From Escherichia coli (lineage in GTDB: Bacteria; Pseudomonadota; Gammaproteobacteria; Enterobacterales; Enterobacteriaceae), in the NCBI RefSeq assembly GCF_016026235.1, contig NZ_CP065613.1: a DNA stretch of 64,000 nt. One strand, given 5' to 3'. This document shows, piece by piece, positions 31,392 to 45,069 of this stretch. How positions within the stretch are numbered: position 1 is the first letter of the stretch; each line of letters starts with the position of its first letter. The position numbers were made by a program, and so were the translations under genes. The notes beneath the pieces are model-generated. The model was not told the DNA's origin and did not search any database. It worked only from the letters and a program-made list of their open reading frames with translations.

Positions 31392-32291
31392 GTGGCGCTA
31401 CTTATCATCACCACGATTCTGTGGGCCTTCTCCTTTAGCTTTTATGGCGAGTACCTTGCGGGGCACGTCGATAGCTATTTTGCGGTGCTGGTGCGCGTTG
31501 GCCTGGCGGCACTCGTTTTTCTGCCGTTTCTGCGTACCCGTGGCAATAGCCTGAAAACAGTCGGCCTGTATATGCTGGTGGGCGCGATGCAGCTTGGCGT
31601 GATGTATATGCTGAGTTTCCGCGCTTATCTCTATCTGACGGTTTCCGAACTGCTGCTGTTCACCGTACTGACGCCGCTCTACATCACGCTGATTTATGAC
31701 ATCATGAGTAAGCGCCGTCTGCGCTGGGGATATGCTTTTAGTGCCTTGTTGGCGGTGATTGGTGCCGGGATTATTCGCTATGATCAGGTCACCGACCATT
31801 TCTGGACTGGCTTGTTGCTGGTGCAACTCTCCAATATCACTTTTGCCATCGGCATGGTGGGTTACAAACGCCTGATGGAAACTCGCCCGATGCCGCAGCA
31901 TAACGCCTTTGCGTGGTTCTATCTTGGCGCGTTCCTGGTGGCGGTAATTGCATGGTTCTTGCTGGGAAATGCGCAGAAAATGCCGCAAACCACGTTGCAA
32001 TGGGGCATTCTGGTGTTTCTTGGCGTAGTGGCTTCCGGGATTGGCTACTTTATGTGGAACTACGGCGCGACGCAGGTGGACGCCGGAACGCTGGGAATTA
32101 TGAATAATATGCACGTTCCGGCAGGGCTGCTGGTAAACCTGGCTATCTGGCACCAACAGCCGCACTGGCCAACGTTTATTACAGGCGCGCTGGTGATCCT
32201 GGCCTCACTGTGGGTGCATCGTAAGTGGGTCGCTCCGCGCTCTTCACAAACGGCAGATGATCGCAGGCGTGATTGCGCGCTGAGCGAATAA
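31392..32291 (+). CDS. yigM: DMT-family inner membrane transporter (biotin uptake in K-12)
   Basis: 299 aa 10-TM ORF; 3' end overlaps the 3' end of convergent metR. Confidence 0.85.
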
Positions 32292-33132
32292 ACGCTTCCG
32301 TAACTGGCTGACGCTGCTCGCCATCGCGCACGGCGGCGTACAGTCGGCTCCACAAGCCTTCGCCCAGGGTTTTGGTCACCACCAGACCCTGGCGCTCAAA
32401 ACTCTCTACTACCCAATGCGGTAGCGCGGCAATACCCATCCGCGCGGCAACCATCTGAATCAACAATAAGGTGTTATCGACGCTTTTTAGTGACGGACTG
32501 ACGCCTGCCGGCTGAAGAAAATGCCGCCAGACATCCAGTCGACTACGCTGCACCGGATAAATTAATAGCGTCTCGCTGGCGAGATCTTCCGGTGTAATAC
32601 GCGTTTTTGCCGCCAGTGGATGGTCAGGTGCTAACACCAGACGCACTTCATAGTCGAACATCGGCGAATAATGCAGACCACTGCGCGGCAGAATATCGGA
32701 CGTCATTACCAGATCCAGCTCTCCCTGTTGCAAGGCGGGCTGCGGGTCAAATGTCACGCCCGATTTAAAGTCCATCTCGACCTGCGGCCAGTTCTTATGG
32801 AAATTTTCTAACGCGGGCGTCAGCCACTGTATACAGCTATGGCACTCAATGGCAATGCGCAGACGCGTCTGCTGCGGTTCATTGCAGGCTTGCAGTGCCT
32901 GGCTAATTTGTGGCAGCACCTGGTTTGCCAGTTGCAACAGGATTTCTCCCTGCGGTGTAAAGCGAAGCGGCTGGCTTTTACGCACAAATAGCCGGAAGCC
33001 AAGGCGTTGTTCCAGATCGCTAAACTGGTGAGACAGGGCGGATTGCGTCTGATGCAACGTCGCCGCAGCGGCTGCGAGAGAGCCGCAGTTCCGCAACGCT
33101 TGTAGCGTTTTCAGGTGTTTTACTTCGATCAT
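32179..33132 (-). CDS. metR: LysR-type transcriptional activator MetR
   Basis: 317 aa; N-terminal HTH ([36 protein letters not shown]); divergent from metE. Confidence 0.95.
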
Positions 33133-33204
33133 GAAAGTCCTTCACTTCGGCATGAATAATTTGCGCTTGAGGAATATACAGTAACCGCCAATTATGGATG
33201 TGTA

Positions 33205-33240
33205 AACATCTGGACGGCTAAAATCCTTCGTCTTTTAAAT
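33205..33240. promoter_or_regulatory. Candidate MetJ operator (tandem met-box-like repeats) in the metR-metE control region
   Basis: CATCTGGACGGCTAAAATCCTTCGTCTTTT contains 8 bp units resembling the AGACGTCT met box; placement by eye only. Confidence 0.3.
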
Positions 33241-33367
33241 TTATGGTGCGTTGGCTGCGTTTCTCCACCCCGGTCACTTACTTCAGTAAGCTCCCGGGGA
33301 TGAATAAACTTGCCGCCTTCCCTAAATTCAAAATCCATAGTATTTACATATAATTAGAGGAAGAAAA

Positions 33368-35629
33368 ATGACAATATTGAATCACACCCTCGGTTTCCCT
33401 CGCGTTGGCCTGCGTCGCGAGCTGAAAAAAGCGCAAGAGAGTTATTGGGCAGGGAACTCCACGCGTGAAGAACTGCTGGCGGTAGGGCGTGAATTGCGTG
33501 CTCGTCACTGGGATCAACAAAAGCAAGCGGGTATCGACCTGCTGCCGGTGGGCGATTTTGCCTGGTACGATCATGTACTGACCACCAGTTTGCTGCTGGG
33601 TAATGTTCCGCCACGTCATCAGAACAAAGACGGTTCGGTAGATATCGACACCCTGTTCCGTATTGGTCGTGGACGTGCGCCGACTGGCGAACCTGCGGCG
33701 GCAGCGGAAATGACCAAATGGTTTAACACCAACTATCACTACATGGTGCCGGAGTTCGTTAAAGGCCAACAGTTCAAACTGACCTGGACGCAGCTGCTGG
33801 AGGAAGTGGACGAGGCGCTGGTGCTGGGCCACAACGTTAAGCCTGTGCTGCTGGGGCCGGTTACTTACCTGTGGCTGGGGAAAGTGAAAGGTGAACAGTT
33901 TGACCGCCTTAGCCTGCTGAACGACATTCTGCCGGTTTATCAGCAAGTGCTGGCAGAACTGGCGAAACGCGGCATCGAGTGGGTACAGATTGATGAACCC
34001 GCGCTGGTACTGGAACTACCACAGGCGTGGCTGGACGCATACAAACCCGCTTACGACGCGCTCCAGGGACAGGTGAAACTGCTGCTGACCACCTATTTTG
34101 AAGGCGTAACGCCAAATCTCGACACGATTACTGCGCTGCCTGTTCAGGGTCTGCATGTTGACCTCGTACATGGTAAAGATGACGTTGCTGAACTGCACAA
34201 GCGCCTGCCTTCTGACTGGTTGCTGTCTGCGGGTCTGATCAATGGTCGTAACGTCTGGCGCGCCGATCTTACCGAGAAATATGCGCAAATTAAGGACATT
34301 GTCGGCAAACGTGATTTATGGGTGGCATCTTCCTGCTCGTTGCTGCACAGCCCCATCGACCTGAGCGTGGAAACGCGTCTTGATGCAGAAGTGAAAAGCT
34401 GGTTTGCCTTCGCCCTGCAAAAATGTCATGAACTGGCACTGCTGCGAGATGCGCTGAACAGTGGTGATACGGCAGCTCTGGCAGAGTGGAGCGCTCCAAT
34501 TCAGGCGCGTCGTCACTCTACTCGTGTACATAACCCGGCAGTAGAAAAGCGTCTGGCGGCGATCACCGCCCAGGACAGCCAGCGTGCGAATGTCTATGAA
34601 GTGCGTGCCGAAGCCCAGCGTGCGCGTTTTAAACTGCCAGCGTGGCCGACCACCACGATTGGTTCCTTCCCGCAAACCACGGAAATTCGTACCCTGCGTC
34701 TGGATTTCAAAAAGGGTAATCTCGACGCCAACAACTACCGCACGGGCATTGCGGAACATATCAAGCAGGCCATTGTTGAACAGGAACGTTTGGGACTGGA
34801 TGTGCTGGTACATGGCGAGGCCGAGCGTAATGACATGGTGGAATACTTTGGCGAGCACCTCGACGGATTTGTCTTTACGCAAAACGGTTGGGTACAGAGC
34901 TACGGTTCCCGCTGCGTGAAGCCACCGATTGTCATTGGTGACATTAGCCGCCCGGCACCGATTACCGTGGAGTGGGCGAAGTATGCGCAATCTCTGACTG
35001 ATAAACCGGTGAAAGGGATGCTGACTGGCCCGGTGACCATTCTCTGCTGGTCGTTCCCGCGTGAAGATGTCAGCCGTGAAACCATCGCCAAACAAATTGC
35101 GCTGGCGCTGCGTGATGAAGTGGCGGACCTGGAAGCCGCAGGAATTGGCATCATCCAGATTGATGAACCGGCGCTGCGCGAAGGTTTACCGCTGCGTCGT
35201 AGCGACTGGGATGCATATCTCCAGTGGGGCGTGGAGGCCTTCCGTATCAACGCCGCCGTGGCGAAAGATGACACACAAATCCACACTCACATGTGTTATT
35301 GCGAGTTCAACGACATCATGGATTCGATTGCGGCACTGGATGCAGACGTCATCACCATCGAAACCTCGCGTTCCGACATGGAGTTGCTGGAGTCGTTTGA
35401 AGAGTTTGATTATCCGAATGAAATCGGTCCAGGCGTCTATGACATTCACTCGCCAAACGTACCGAGCGTGGAATGGATTGAAGCCTTGCTGAAGAAAGCG
35501 GCAAAACGCATTCCGGCAGAGCGCCTGTGGGTCAACCCGGACTGTGGCCTGAAAACGCGCGGCTGGCCAGAAACCCGCGCGGCACTGGCGAACATGGTGC
35601 AGGCGGCGCAGAATTTGCGTCGGGGATGA
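33368..35629 (+). CDS. metE: Cobalamin-independent methionine synthase
   Basis: 753 aa; starts [24 protein letters not shown]...; C-terminal zinc-binding His/Cys/Glu motifs. Confidence 0.96.
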   Translation: MTILNHTLGFPRVGLRRELKKAQESYWAGNSTREELLAVGRELRARHWDQQKQAGIDLLPVGDFAWYDHVLTTSLLLGNVPPRHQNKDGSVDIDTLFRIGRGRAPTGEPAAAAEMTKWFNTNYHYMVPEFVKGQQFKLTWTQLLEEVDEALVLGHNVKPVLLGPVTYLWLGKVKGEQFDRLSLLNDILPVYQQVLAELAKRGIEWVQIDEPALVLELPQAWLDAYKPAYDALQGQVKLLLTTYFEGVTPNLDTITALPVQGLHVDLVHGKDDVAELHKRLPSDWLLSAGLINGRNVWRADLTEKYAQIKDIVGKRDLWVASSCSLLHSPIDLSVETRLDAEVKSWFAFALQKCHELALLRDALNSGDTAALAEWSAPIQARRHSTRVHNPAVEKRLAAITAQDSQRANVYEVRAEAQRARFKLPAWPTTTIGSFPQTTEIRTLRLDFKKGNLDANNYRTGIAEHIKQAIVEQERLGLDVLVHGEAERNDMVEYFGEHLDGFVFTQNGWVQSYGSRCVKPPIVIGDISRPAPITVEWAKYAQSLTDKPVKGMLTGPVTILCWSFPREDVSRETIAKQIALALRDEVADLEAAGIGIIQIDEPALREGLPLRRSDWDAYLQWGVEAFRINAAVAKDDTQIHTHMCYCEFNDIMDSIAALDADVITIETSRSDMELLESFEEFDYPNEIGPGVYDIHSPNVPSVEWIEALLKKAAKRIPAERLWVNPDCGLKTRGWPETRAALANMVQAAQNLRRG

Positions 35630-35734
35630 TGAATATTAACGAGTCACTGTAAATTGCAGTACGATGAAAGAGGCAAAACTGCCTGATACCAGGCCTACAT
35701 AATTTATGCAATTTATTGAATTTTTGAGTTTTGT

Positions 35735-35775
35735 TGGCCGGACAAGGCGTTCACGCCGCATCCGGCATGAACAAC
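35735..35775. repeat. REP element
   Basis: GGCCGGACAAGGCGTTCACGCCGCATCCGGCATGAACAA downstream of metE. Confidence 0.65.
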
Positions 35776-35913
35776 GCGCACTTTGCCAATAATCTGATGG
35801 CTTCCATCACCGGAAGCCATTTTGCTATCTGCGCCCGTTCAGATACAGAAATAACCGAATCATTTTTACGCAAAATATAATCCTGAGCGATTTGTTCAGT
35901 AATCAACGCTACG

Positions 35914-36189
35914 TTATTTATTCTCACTTTTCACGAAATTGTATCCCTTTTCAGTAACGTGGTAGTGAGGCATAGACTTATGTCCGCTATCCTCAATAAT
36001 AACCAAACCCTCGTTAGCTAATTTGTTAACAATGTTAACAACATTACCGAATCCTGGAATTTGCCTTATGGATAGTGTGCGATCGAGATTCATCCAGTTC
36101 CAGTTTATATCTTTCTCAGCCATAACTTTCAGTACGTTAATTTCAGTTTCAGTTATCATAGTCAAGTGCATCCTGGTGGTATAAGTCAT
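35914..36189 (-). CDS. Small hypothetical protein, candidate immunity protein for the upstream Hcp-ET toxin (up to 91 aa; true start may be an internal Met)
   Basis: ORF immediately downstream of, and overlapping, the 3' end of the toxin-domain ORF; the usual toxin-immunity gene arrangement. No homology check possible here. Confidence 0.45.
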   Translation of the reverse strand: MTYTTRMHLTMITETEINVLKVMAEKDINWNWMNLDRTLSIRQIPGFGNVVNIVNKLANEGLVIIEDSGHKSMPHYHVTEKGYNFVKSENK

Positions 36190-37296
36190 TAAGTTCTCCC
36201 TTAAGTTTATAATCTTCTAGAGTAGCAGTATGCGTATGATTCCAGAGTGCATAGCCTGCGTCACCATCAGGTTGTCCTGTTTCCCAACCAAGATTACAGT
36301 AACGCTGATATTCCCGACACTCATGAGTATAGAAGTTAAGATCTACTTGTTCTGGGGGGATTTTTCCTTTCTCAATGTCTTTCAGTCTATTGATCATCAC
36401 TTCATTTACAGGGTCATGACCAAATCTGGCTATGTGTTTTTCAACAATAGCGATACCTTCCCTGTTGATTGTTACGCCATCTGTCGTCAGATTTTCTATT
36501 GGACCACCGGCAAGGTCGGGATTAAATGGTCTTCCTGATACTGCTCCTCTGGCTCCGAAATGCTCAAGTGATTCCAAATCAGGGAGTCTCATTCTCCCCA
36601 GAACTGCTCCAGCAACTATTGAAGCACCAGCGATGAGTAACCCTTTGTTATCCATAAATTGATCGTAACCAGCAGGTGCATCTCCCCCCAACTTGTCTGC
36701 TGTTTCCCTGAATCCTTCGATATTCCCATTGTATATGCCGCCAGCAGCAAGCAGTCTGCCAACCGCTTTACTATTAAGTGTTTTGAACCATTACCAGCTT
36801 TAGTTTTTGGCCGTGGTATAAACAGACGGTTGTAGTTATCGGGAAATGCCAAATAACTAAATTCAGTATTAGCAATCAGATGCCTGGAGAGTATATATTC
36901 ATAACTGACAGTGATGGCTTCTGTATCCAGATTGTTCTCAGTAAACAGGTGATTGATTGCTGATAAGAGCGCGCCGCGGAGTTGAATGTTGTAATATTTC
37001 TCCCATCGACCAAACCTATTGATCCGATAGAAGTCAAACTCCATGAACAACTGCTCGTTATTGTTAATAGCGTTAATAAGTAACGGGGAGCTTTTGTCAA
37101 TCAATTTACAGAAACTAAGGCCATGCAATTATGACCCTTTGCCTGTATTCGTAATACTATTAGAGAGCGAGAACGCGAAGATTTCATCATCATGGCCAAT
37201 CTGCCAGCGATTACCTATTGATGCGCTCGTTCCACAACGAGAGGAAATACATCCTTGTTGTTCTCCGGTTATGGTCAGGTAAATAATATCACTCAT
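36149..37296 (-). pseudogene. hcp: T6SS Hcp with C-terminal extended toxin domain (Hcp-ET type), broken by an in-frame TAA and a frameshift
   Basis: Minus-strand ATG at 37296 encodes MSDIIYLTITGEQQGCISSRCGTSASIGNRWQIGHDDEIFAFSLSNSITNTGKGS*, an Hcp N-terminal signature; same frame continues after the TAA (37129-37131) with ...KLIDKSSPLLINAINNNEQLFMEFDFYRINRFGRWEKYY... (Hcp core); a frame change near 36745 joins it to a ~180 aa C-terminal domain. Confidence 0.7.
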
Positions 37297-37690
37297 CCTT
37301 GAAAAACCTTTTGTTAATTCTTTTGTGAAAGAGAAATAGTATTGTTGTTTTTTTTTACCTTTATTTACGCCTAAAAGTGATGAACTAAAATGTGAAAAAC
37401 AAAATGTTTCACTTTAATATCTTTTTATCAGGAAGGTCTGAGATGATTTATAATTAATGTGAATGTGTTGATAATAATTAATGTTTGTTTGTGAATGGGA
37501 GTTGATGGTAAATCTCTAAGGTGTCTTCCATTGAAGAGACTCATTTATGACTATGACTTGCCGACTTTTTTAAGGTCAAATAGCGGAGTCGTAATCTCCA
37601 ATCAATTCATACTGATTATTTTTTGGGGGACAGAGATGGCAGCAAAACGCACTCGTTCACTCACCATCTCAAATATAGACTAAGAGGAAA

Positions 37691-38503
37691 CTAACTCCGC
37701 TTCCCACCATACTGCTTAAACCATTCCAGCATACGCTGCCAGCCATCTTTCGCAGATTCGGCATGATAGCTCGGGCGATAATCAGCGTTGAATGCATGCC
37801 CGGCATCCGGGTACACGATAATCTCTGCTTTCGCATTAGCAGCCCGCAGCGCCTGGCGCATGGTTTCAACGCTCTCCTGCGGAATACTGTTATCCAGACC
37901 GCCATATAAGCCGAGAACCGGCGCGTTAAGATCGGTTGCGATATCAACAGGTTGTTTCGGTGAATTCAACGACTTGTCGCCCGTCAGTTTGCCGTACCAC
38001 GCCACTGCGGCTTTTAGCTGTGGATTATGCGCGGCATACAGCCAGGTGATACGTCCACCCCAGCAGAATCCGGTGATCATTAAACGATGAACATCGCCGC
38101 CGTTGCGGGAAGCCCAACTGGCGACATGATCGAGATCGGCCAGCACCTGCGAGTCAGGCACTTTTGCTACCAGACCGCTAAGCAACGTGGGGATATCGGC
38201 AAAATCATTCGGATCGCCTTCGCGGAAGTAAAGTTCAGGTGCGATAGCCAGATACCCCTCCAGCGCCAGACGGCGACAAATGTCGCGGATATGTTCATGC
38301 ACGCCAAAAATTTCCTGCACTACAATGACCACTGGCAGTGGGCCATCGCTTTGCTTTGGTCTGGCATGGTAAGCAGGCATGTTATCCCCTTGTGAAGGGA
38401 TAGAGGTGAAGCCCGCCACAATCGCGTCGTCCGGGGTCTGAACGATGGTCGAAGCGAGAGGCGATGCAGCAGGTGCAAATCCAGATTGTTGTGTTGTTGC
38501 CAT
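37691..38503 (-). CDS. ysgA: Dienelactone hydrolase-family protein (271 aa from ATG 38503; ORF track extends to 38569)
   Basis: Alpha/beta hydrolase with GFCWGG nucleophile motif; good SD (GGAGAA) before the 38503 start. Confidence 0.88.
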   Translation of the reverse strand: MATTQQSGFAPAASPLASTIVQTPDDAIVAGFTSIPSQGDNMPAYHARPKQSDGPLPVVIVVQEIFGVHEHIRDICRRLALEGYLAIAPELYFREGDPNDFADIPTLLSGLVAKVPDSQVLADLDHVASWASRNGGDVHRLMITGFCWGGRITWLYAAHNPQLKAAVAWYGKLTGDKSLNSPKQPVDIATDLNAPVLGLYGGLDNSIPQESVETMRQALRAANAKAEIIVYPDAGHAFNADYRPSYHAESAKDGWQRMLEWFKQYGGKRS

Positions 38504-38764
38504 GGTATTCTCCGTACCCTTATAAAAATGTTGCGCAATGTTAACTATAGTCAGCATGCAACAAATCACATTGCCTGAATCGGCTCATCTTTTATGCAGT
38601 CCTGCAGAATGAAGAGTGATTTATGTGATTTGCATCACTTTTGGTGGGTAAATTTATGCAACGCATTTGCGTCATGGTGATGAGTATCACGAAAAAATGT
38701 TAAACCCTTCGGTAAAGTGTCTTTTTGCTTCTTCTGACTAAACCGATTCACAGAGGAGTTGTAT

Positions 38765-39526
38765 ATGTCCAAGTCTGATGTTTTTCATCTCGGCCTCACT
38801 AAAAACGATTTACAAGGGGCTACGCTTGCCATCGTCCCTGGCGACCCGGATCGTGTGGAAAAGATCGCCGCGCTGATGGATAAGCCGGTTAAGCTGGCAT
38901 CTCACCGCGAATTCACTACCTGGCGTGCAGAGCTGGATGGTAAACCTGTTATCGTCTGCTCTACCGGTATCGGCGGCCCGTCTACCTCTATTGCTGTTGA
39001 AGAGCTGGCACAGCTGGGCATTCGCACCTTCCTGCGTATCGGTACAACGGGCGCTATTCAGCCGCATATTAATGTGGGTGATGTCCTGGTTACCACGGCG
39101 TCTGTCCGTCTGGATGGCGCGAGCCTGCACTTCGCACCGCTGGAATTCCCGGCTGTCGCTGATTTCGAATGTACGACTGCGCTGGTTGAAGCTGCGAAAT
39201 CCATTGGCGCGACAACTCACGTTGGCGTGACAGCTTCTTCTGATACCTTCTACCCAGGTCAGGAACGTTACGATACTTACTCTGGTCGCGTAGTTCGTCA
39301 CTTTAAAGGTTCTATGGAAGAGTGGCAGGCGATGGGCGTAATGAACTATGAAATGGAATCTGCAACCCTGCTGACCATGTGTGCAAGTCAGGGCCTGCGT
39401 GCCGGTATGGTAGCGGGTGTTATCGTTAACCGCACCCAGCAAGAGATCCCGAATGCTGAGACGATGAAACAAACTGAAAGCCAAGCGGTGAAAATCGTGG
39501 TGGAAGCGGCGCGTCGTCTGCTGTAA
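38765..39526 (+). CDS. udp: Uridine phosphorylase (253 aa from ATG 38765)
   Basis: [35 protein letters not shown]...; PNP/UDP phosphorylase family. Confidence 0.95.
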   Translation: MSKSDVFHLGLTKNDLQGATLAIVPGDPDRVEKIAALMDKPVKLASHREFTTWRAELDGKPVIVCSTGIGGPSTSIAVEELAQLGIRTFLRIGTTGAIQPHINVGDVLVTTASVRLDGASLHFAPLEFPAVADFECTTALVEAAKSIGATTHVGVTASSDTFYPGQERYDTYSGRVVRHFKGSMEEWQAMGVMNYEMESATLLTMCASQGLRAGMVAGVIVNRTQQEIPNAETMKQTESQAVKIVVEAARRLL

Positions 39527-39666
39527 TTCTCTTCTCCTGTCTGAAGGCCGACGCGTTCGGCCTTTTGTATTTTTGCGTAGCGCCTCGCAGGAAATGCCTT
39601 TCCAACTGGACGTTTGTACAGCACAATTCTATTTTGTGCGGGTAAGTTGTTGCGTCAGGAGGCGTT

Positions 39667-41094
39667 GTGGATTTCTCAATCATGGTTTACGCAGTTATTG
39701 CGTTGGTGGGTGTGGCAATTGGCTGGCTGTTTGCCAGTTATCAACATGCGCAGCAAAAAGCCGAGCAATTAGCTGAACGTGAAGAGATGGTCGCGGAGTT
39801 AAGCGCGGCAAAACAACAAATTACCCAAAGCGAGCACTGGCGTGCAGAGTGCGAGTTACTCAATAACGAAGTGCGCAGCCTGCAAAGTATTAACACCTCT
39901 CTGGAGGCCGATCTGCGTGAAGTAACCACGCGGATGGAAGCCGCACAGCAACATGCTGACGATAAAATTCGCCAGATGATTAACAGCGAGCAGCGCCTCA
40001 GTGAGCAGTTTGAAAACCTCGCCAACCGTATTTTTGAGCACAGCAATCGCCGGGTTGATGAGCAAAACCGTCAGAGTCTGAACAGCCTGTTGTCGCCGCT
40101 ACGTGAACAACTGGACGGTTTCCGCCGTCAGGTTCAGGACAGCTTCGGTAAAGAAGCACAAGAACGCCATACCCTGACCCACGAAATTCGCAATCTCCAG
40201 CAACTCAACGCGCAAATGGCCCAGGAAGCGATCAACCTGACGCGCGCGCTGAAAGGCGACAATAAAACCCAGGGCAACTGGGGCGAGGTAGTATTGACGC
40301 GGGTGCTGGAGGCTTCCGGTCTGCGTGAAGGGTATGAATATGAAACCCAGGTCAGCATCGAAAATGACGCCCGCTCGCGGATGCAGCCGGATGTCATCGT
40401 GCGGCTGCCGCAGGGAAAAGATGTGGTGATCGACGCCAAAATGACGCTGGTCGCCTATGAACGCTATTTTAACGCCGAAGACGACTACACCCGCGAAAGC
40501 GCGCTACAGGAACATATCGCGTCGGTGCGTAACCATATCCGTTTGCTGGGACGCAAAGATTATCAACAGCTGCCGGGGCTGCGAACTCTGGATTACGTGC
40601 TGATGTTTATTCCCGTTGAACCCGCTTTTTTACTGGCGCTTGACCGCCAGCCGGAGCTGATCACCGAAGCGTTGAAAAACAATATCATGCTGGTTAGCCC
40701 GACTACGCTGCTGGTGGCGCTGCGCACTATCGCCAACCTGTGGCGTTATGAGCATCAAAGCCGCAACGCCCAGCAAATCGCCGATCGTGCCAGCAAGCTG
40801 TACGACAAGATGCGTTTGTTCATCGATGACATGTCAGCGATTGGTCAAAGTCTCGACAAAGCGCAGGATAACTACCGCCAGGCAATGAAAAAACTCTCTT
40901 CAGGTCGCGGAAATGTGCTGGCGCAGGCAGAAGCGTTTCGCGGTTTAGGAGTAGAAATTAAACGCGAGATTAATCCGGATTTGGCTGAACAGGCGGTGAG
41001 CCAGGATGAAGAGTATCGACTTCGGTCGGTTCCGGAGCAGCCGAATGATGAAGCTTATCAACGCGATGATGAATATAATCAGCAGTCGCGCTAG
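39667..41094 (+). CDS. rmuC: DNA recombination protein RmuC
   Basis: 475 aa; N-terminal TM segment, long coiled-coil, C-terminal RmuC domain. Confidence 0.9.
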   Translation: MDFSIMVYAVIALVGVAIGWLFASYQHAQQKAEQLAEREEMVAELSAAKQQITQSEHWRAECELLNNEVRSLQSINTSLEADLREVTTRMEAAQQHADDKIRQMINSEQRLSEQFENLANRIFEHSNRRVDEQNRQSLNSLLSPLREQLDGFRRQVQDSFGKEAQERHTLTHEIRNLQQLNAQMAQEAINLTRALKGDNKTQGNWGEVVLTRVLEASGLREGYEYETQVSIENDARSRMQPDVIVRLPQGKDVVIDAKMTLVAYERYFNAEDDYTRESALQEHIASVRNHIRLLGRKDYQQLPGLRTLDYVLMFIPVEPAFLLALDRQPELITEALKNNIMLVSPTTLLVALRTIANLWRYEHQSRNAQQIADRASKLYDKMRLFIDDMSAIGQSLDKAQDNYRQAMKKLSSGRGNVLAQAEAFRGLGVEIKREINPDLAEQAVSQDEEYRLRSVPEQPNDEAYQRDDEYNQQSR

Positions 41095-41188
41095 CCCATT
41101 GGGAGTAGTTAAGCCGGGTAGAAATCTAGGGCATCGACGCCCAATCTGTTACACTTCTGGAACAATTTTTTGATGAGCAGGCATTGAG

Positions 41189-41944
41189 ATGGTGGATAAG
41201 TCACAAGAAACGACGCACTTTGGTTTTCAGACCGTCGCGAAGGAACAAAAAGCGGATATGGTCGCCCACGTTTTCCATTCCGTGGCATCAAAATACGATG
41301 TCATGAATGATTTGATGTCATTTGGTATTCATCGTTTGTGGAAGCGATTCACGATTGATTGCAGCGGCGTACGCCGTGGGCAGACCGTGCTGGATCTGGC
41401 TGGTGGCACCGGCGACCTGACAGCGAAATTCTCCCGCCTGGTCGGAGAAACTGGCAAAGTGGTCCTTGCTGATATCAATGAATCCATGCTCAAAATGGGC
41501 CGCGAGAAGCTGCGTAATATCGGTGTGATTGGCAACGTTGAGTATGTTCAGGCGAACGCTGAGGCGCTGCCGTTCCCGGATAACACCTTTGATTGCATCA
41601 CCATTTCGTTTGGTCTGCGTAACGTCACCGACAAAGATAAAGCACTGCGTTCAATGTATCGCGTGCTGAAACCCGGCGGCCGCCTGCTGGTGCTTGAGTT
41701 CTCGAAGCCAATTATCGAGCCGCTGAGCAAAGCCTATGATGCATACTCCTTCCATGTGCTGCCGCGTATTGGCTCACTGGTCGCGAACGACGCCGACAGC
41801 TACCGTTATCTGGCAGAATCCATCCGTATGCATCCCGATCAGGATACCCTGAAAGCCATGATGCAGGATGCCGGATTCGAAAGTGTCGACTACTACAATC
41901 TGACGGCAGGGGTTGTGGCGCTGCATCGTGGTTATAAGTTCTGA
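41189..41944 (+). CDS. ubiE: Ubiquinone/menaquinone C-methyltransferase
   Basis: 251 aa; SAM-binding motif LDLAGGTGD. Confidence 0.95.
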
Positions 41945-41957
41945 CAGGAGACCGGAA

Positions 41958-44200
<2,243 letters not shown>

Positions 44201-44278
44201 TTTTTTCATCGCTCAAGGCGGGCCGTGTAACGTATAATGCGGCTTTGTTTAATCATCATCTACCACAGAGGAACATGT

Positions 44279-44548
44279 ATGGGTGGTATCAGTATTTGGC
44301 AGTTATTGATTATTGCCGTCATCGTTGTACTGCTTTTTGGCACCAAAAAGCTCGGCTCCATCGGTTCCGATCTTGGTGCGTCGATCAAAGGCTTTAAAAA
44401 AGCAATGAGCGATGATGAACCAAAGCAGGATAAAACCAGTCAGGATGCTGATTTTACTGCGAAAACTATCGCCGATAAGCAGGCGGATACGAATCAGGAA
44501 CAGGCTAAAACAGAAGACGCGAAGCGCCACGATAAAGAGCAGGTGTAA
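44279..44548 (+). CDS. tatA: Twin-arginine translocase subunit TatA (89 aa from ATG 44279)
   Basis: [43 protein letters not shown]... Confidence 0.95.
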   Translation: MGGISIWQLLIIAVIVVLLFGTKKLGSIGSDLGASIKGFKKAMSDDEPKQDKTSQDADFTAKTIADKQADTNQEQAKTEDAKRHDKEQV

Positions 44549-44551
44549 TCC

Positions 44552-45067
44552 GTGTTTGATATCGGTTTTAGCGAACTGCTATTGGTGTTCATCATCGGCC
44601 TCGTCGTTCTGGGGCCGCAACGACTGCCTGTGGCGGTAAAAACGGTAGCGGGCTGGATTCGCGCGTTGCGTTCACTGGCGACAACGGTGCAGAACGAACT
44701 GACCCAGGAGTTAAAACTCCAGGAGTTTCAGGACAGTCTGAAAAAGGTTGAAAAGGCGAGCCTCACTAACCTGACGCCCGAACTGAAAGCGTCGATGGAT
44801 GAATTACGCCAGGCCGCGGAGTCGATGAAGCGTTCCTACGTTGCAAACGATCCTGAAAAGGCGAGCGATGAAGCGCACACCATCCATAACCCGGTGGTGA
44901 AAGATAATGAAGCTGCGCATGAGGGCGTAACGCCTGCCGCTGCACAAACGCAGGCCAGTTCGCCGGAACAGAAGCCAGAAACCACGCCAGAGCCGGTGGT
45001 AAAACCTGCTGCGGACGCTGAACCGAAAACCGCTGCACCTTCCCCTTCGTCGAGTGATAAACCGTAA
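44552..45067 (+). CDS. tatB: Twin-arginine translocase subunit TatB
   Basis: 171 aa; [26 protein letters not shown]... N-terminal TM plus amphipathic helix. Confidence 0.95.
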
Positions 45068-45069
45068 AC

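Noticed and set aside
37300-37690. AT-rich 390 bp upstream of the hcp pseudogene, scanned for a vgrG/PAAR remnant or promoter
   Set aside because: Only very short ORFs (62 aa at 37495-37683 with no recognisable features); no convincing -35/-10 pair could be placed by eye, so no feature is asserted.
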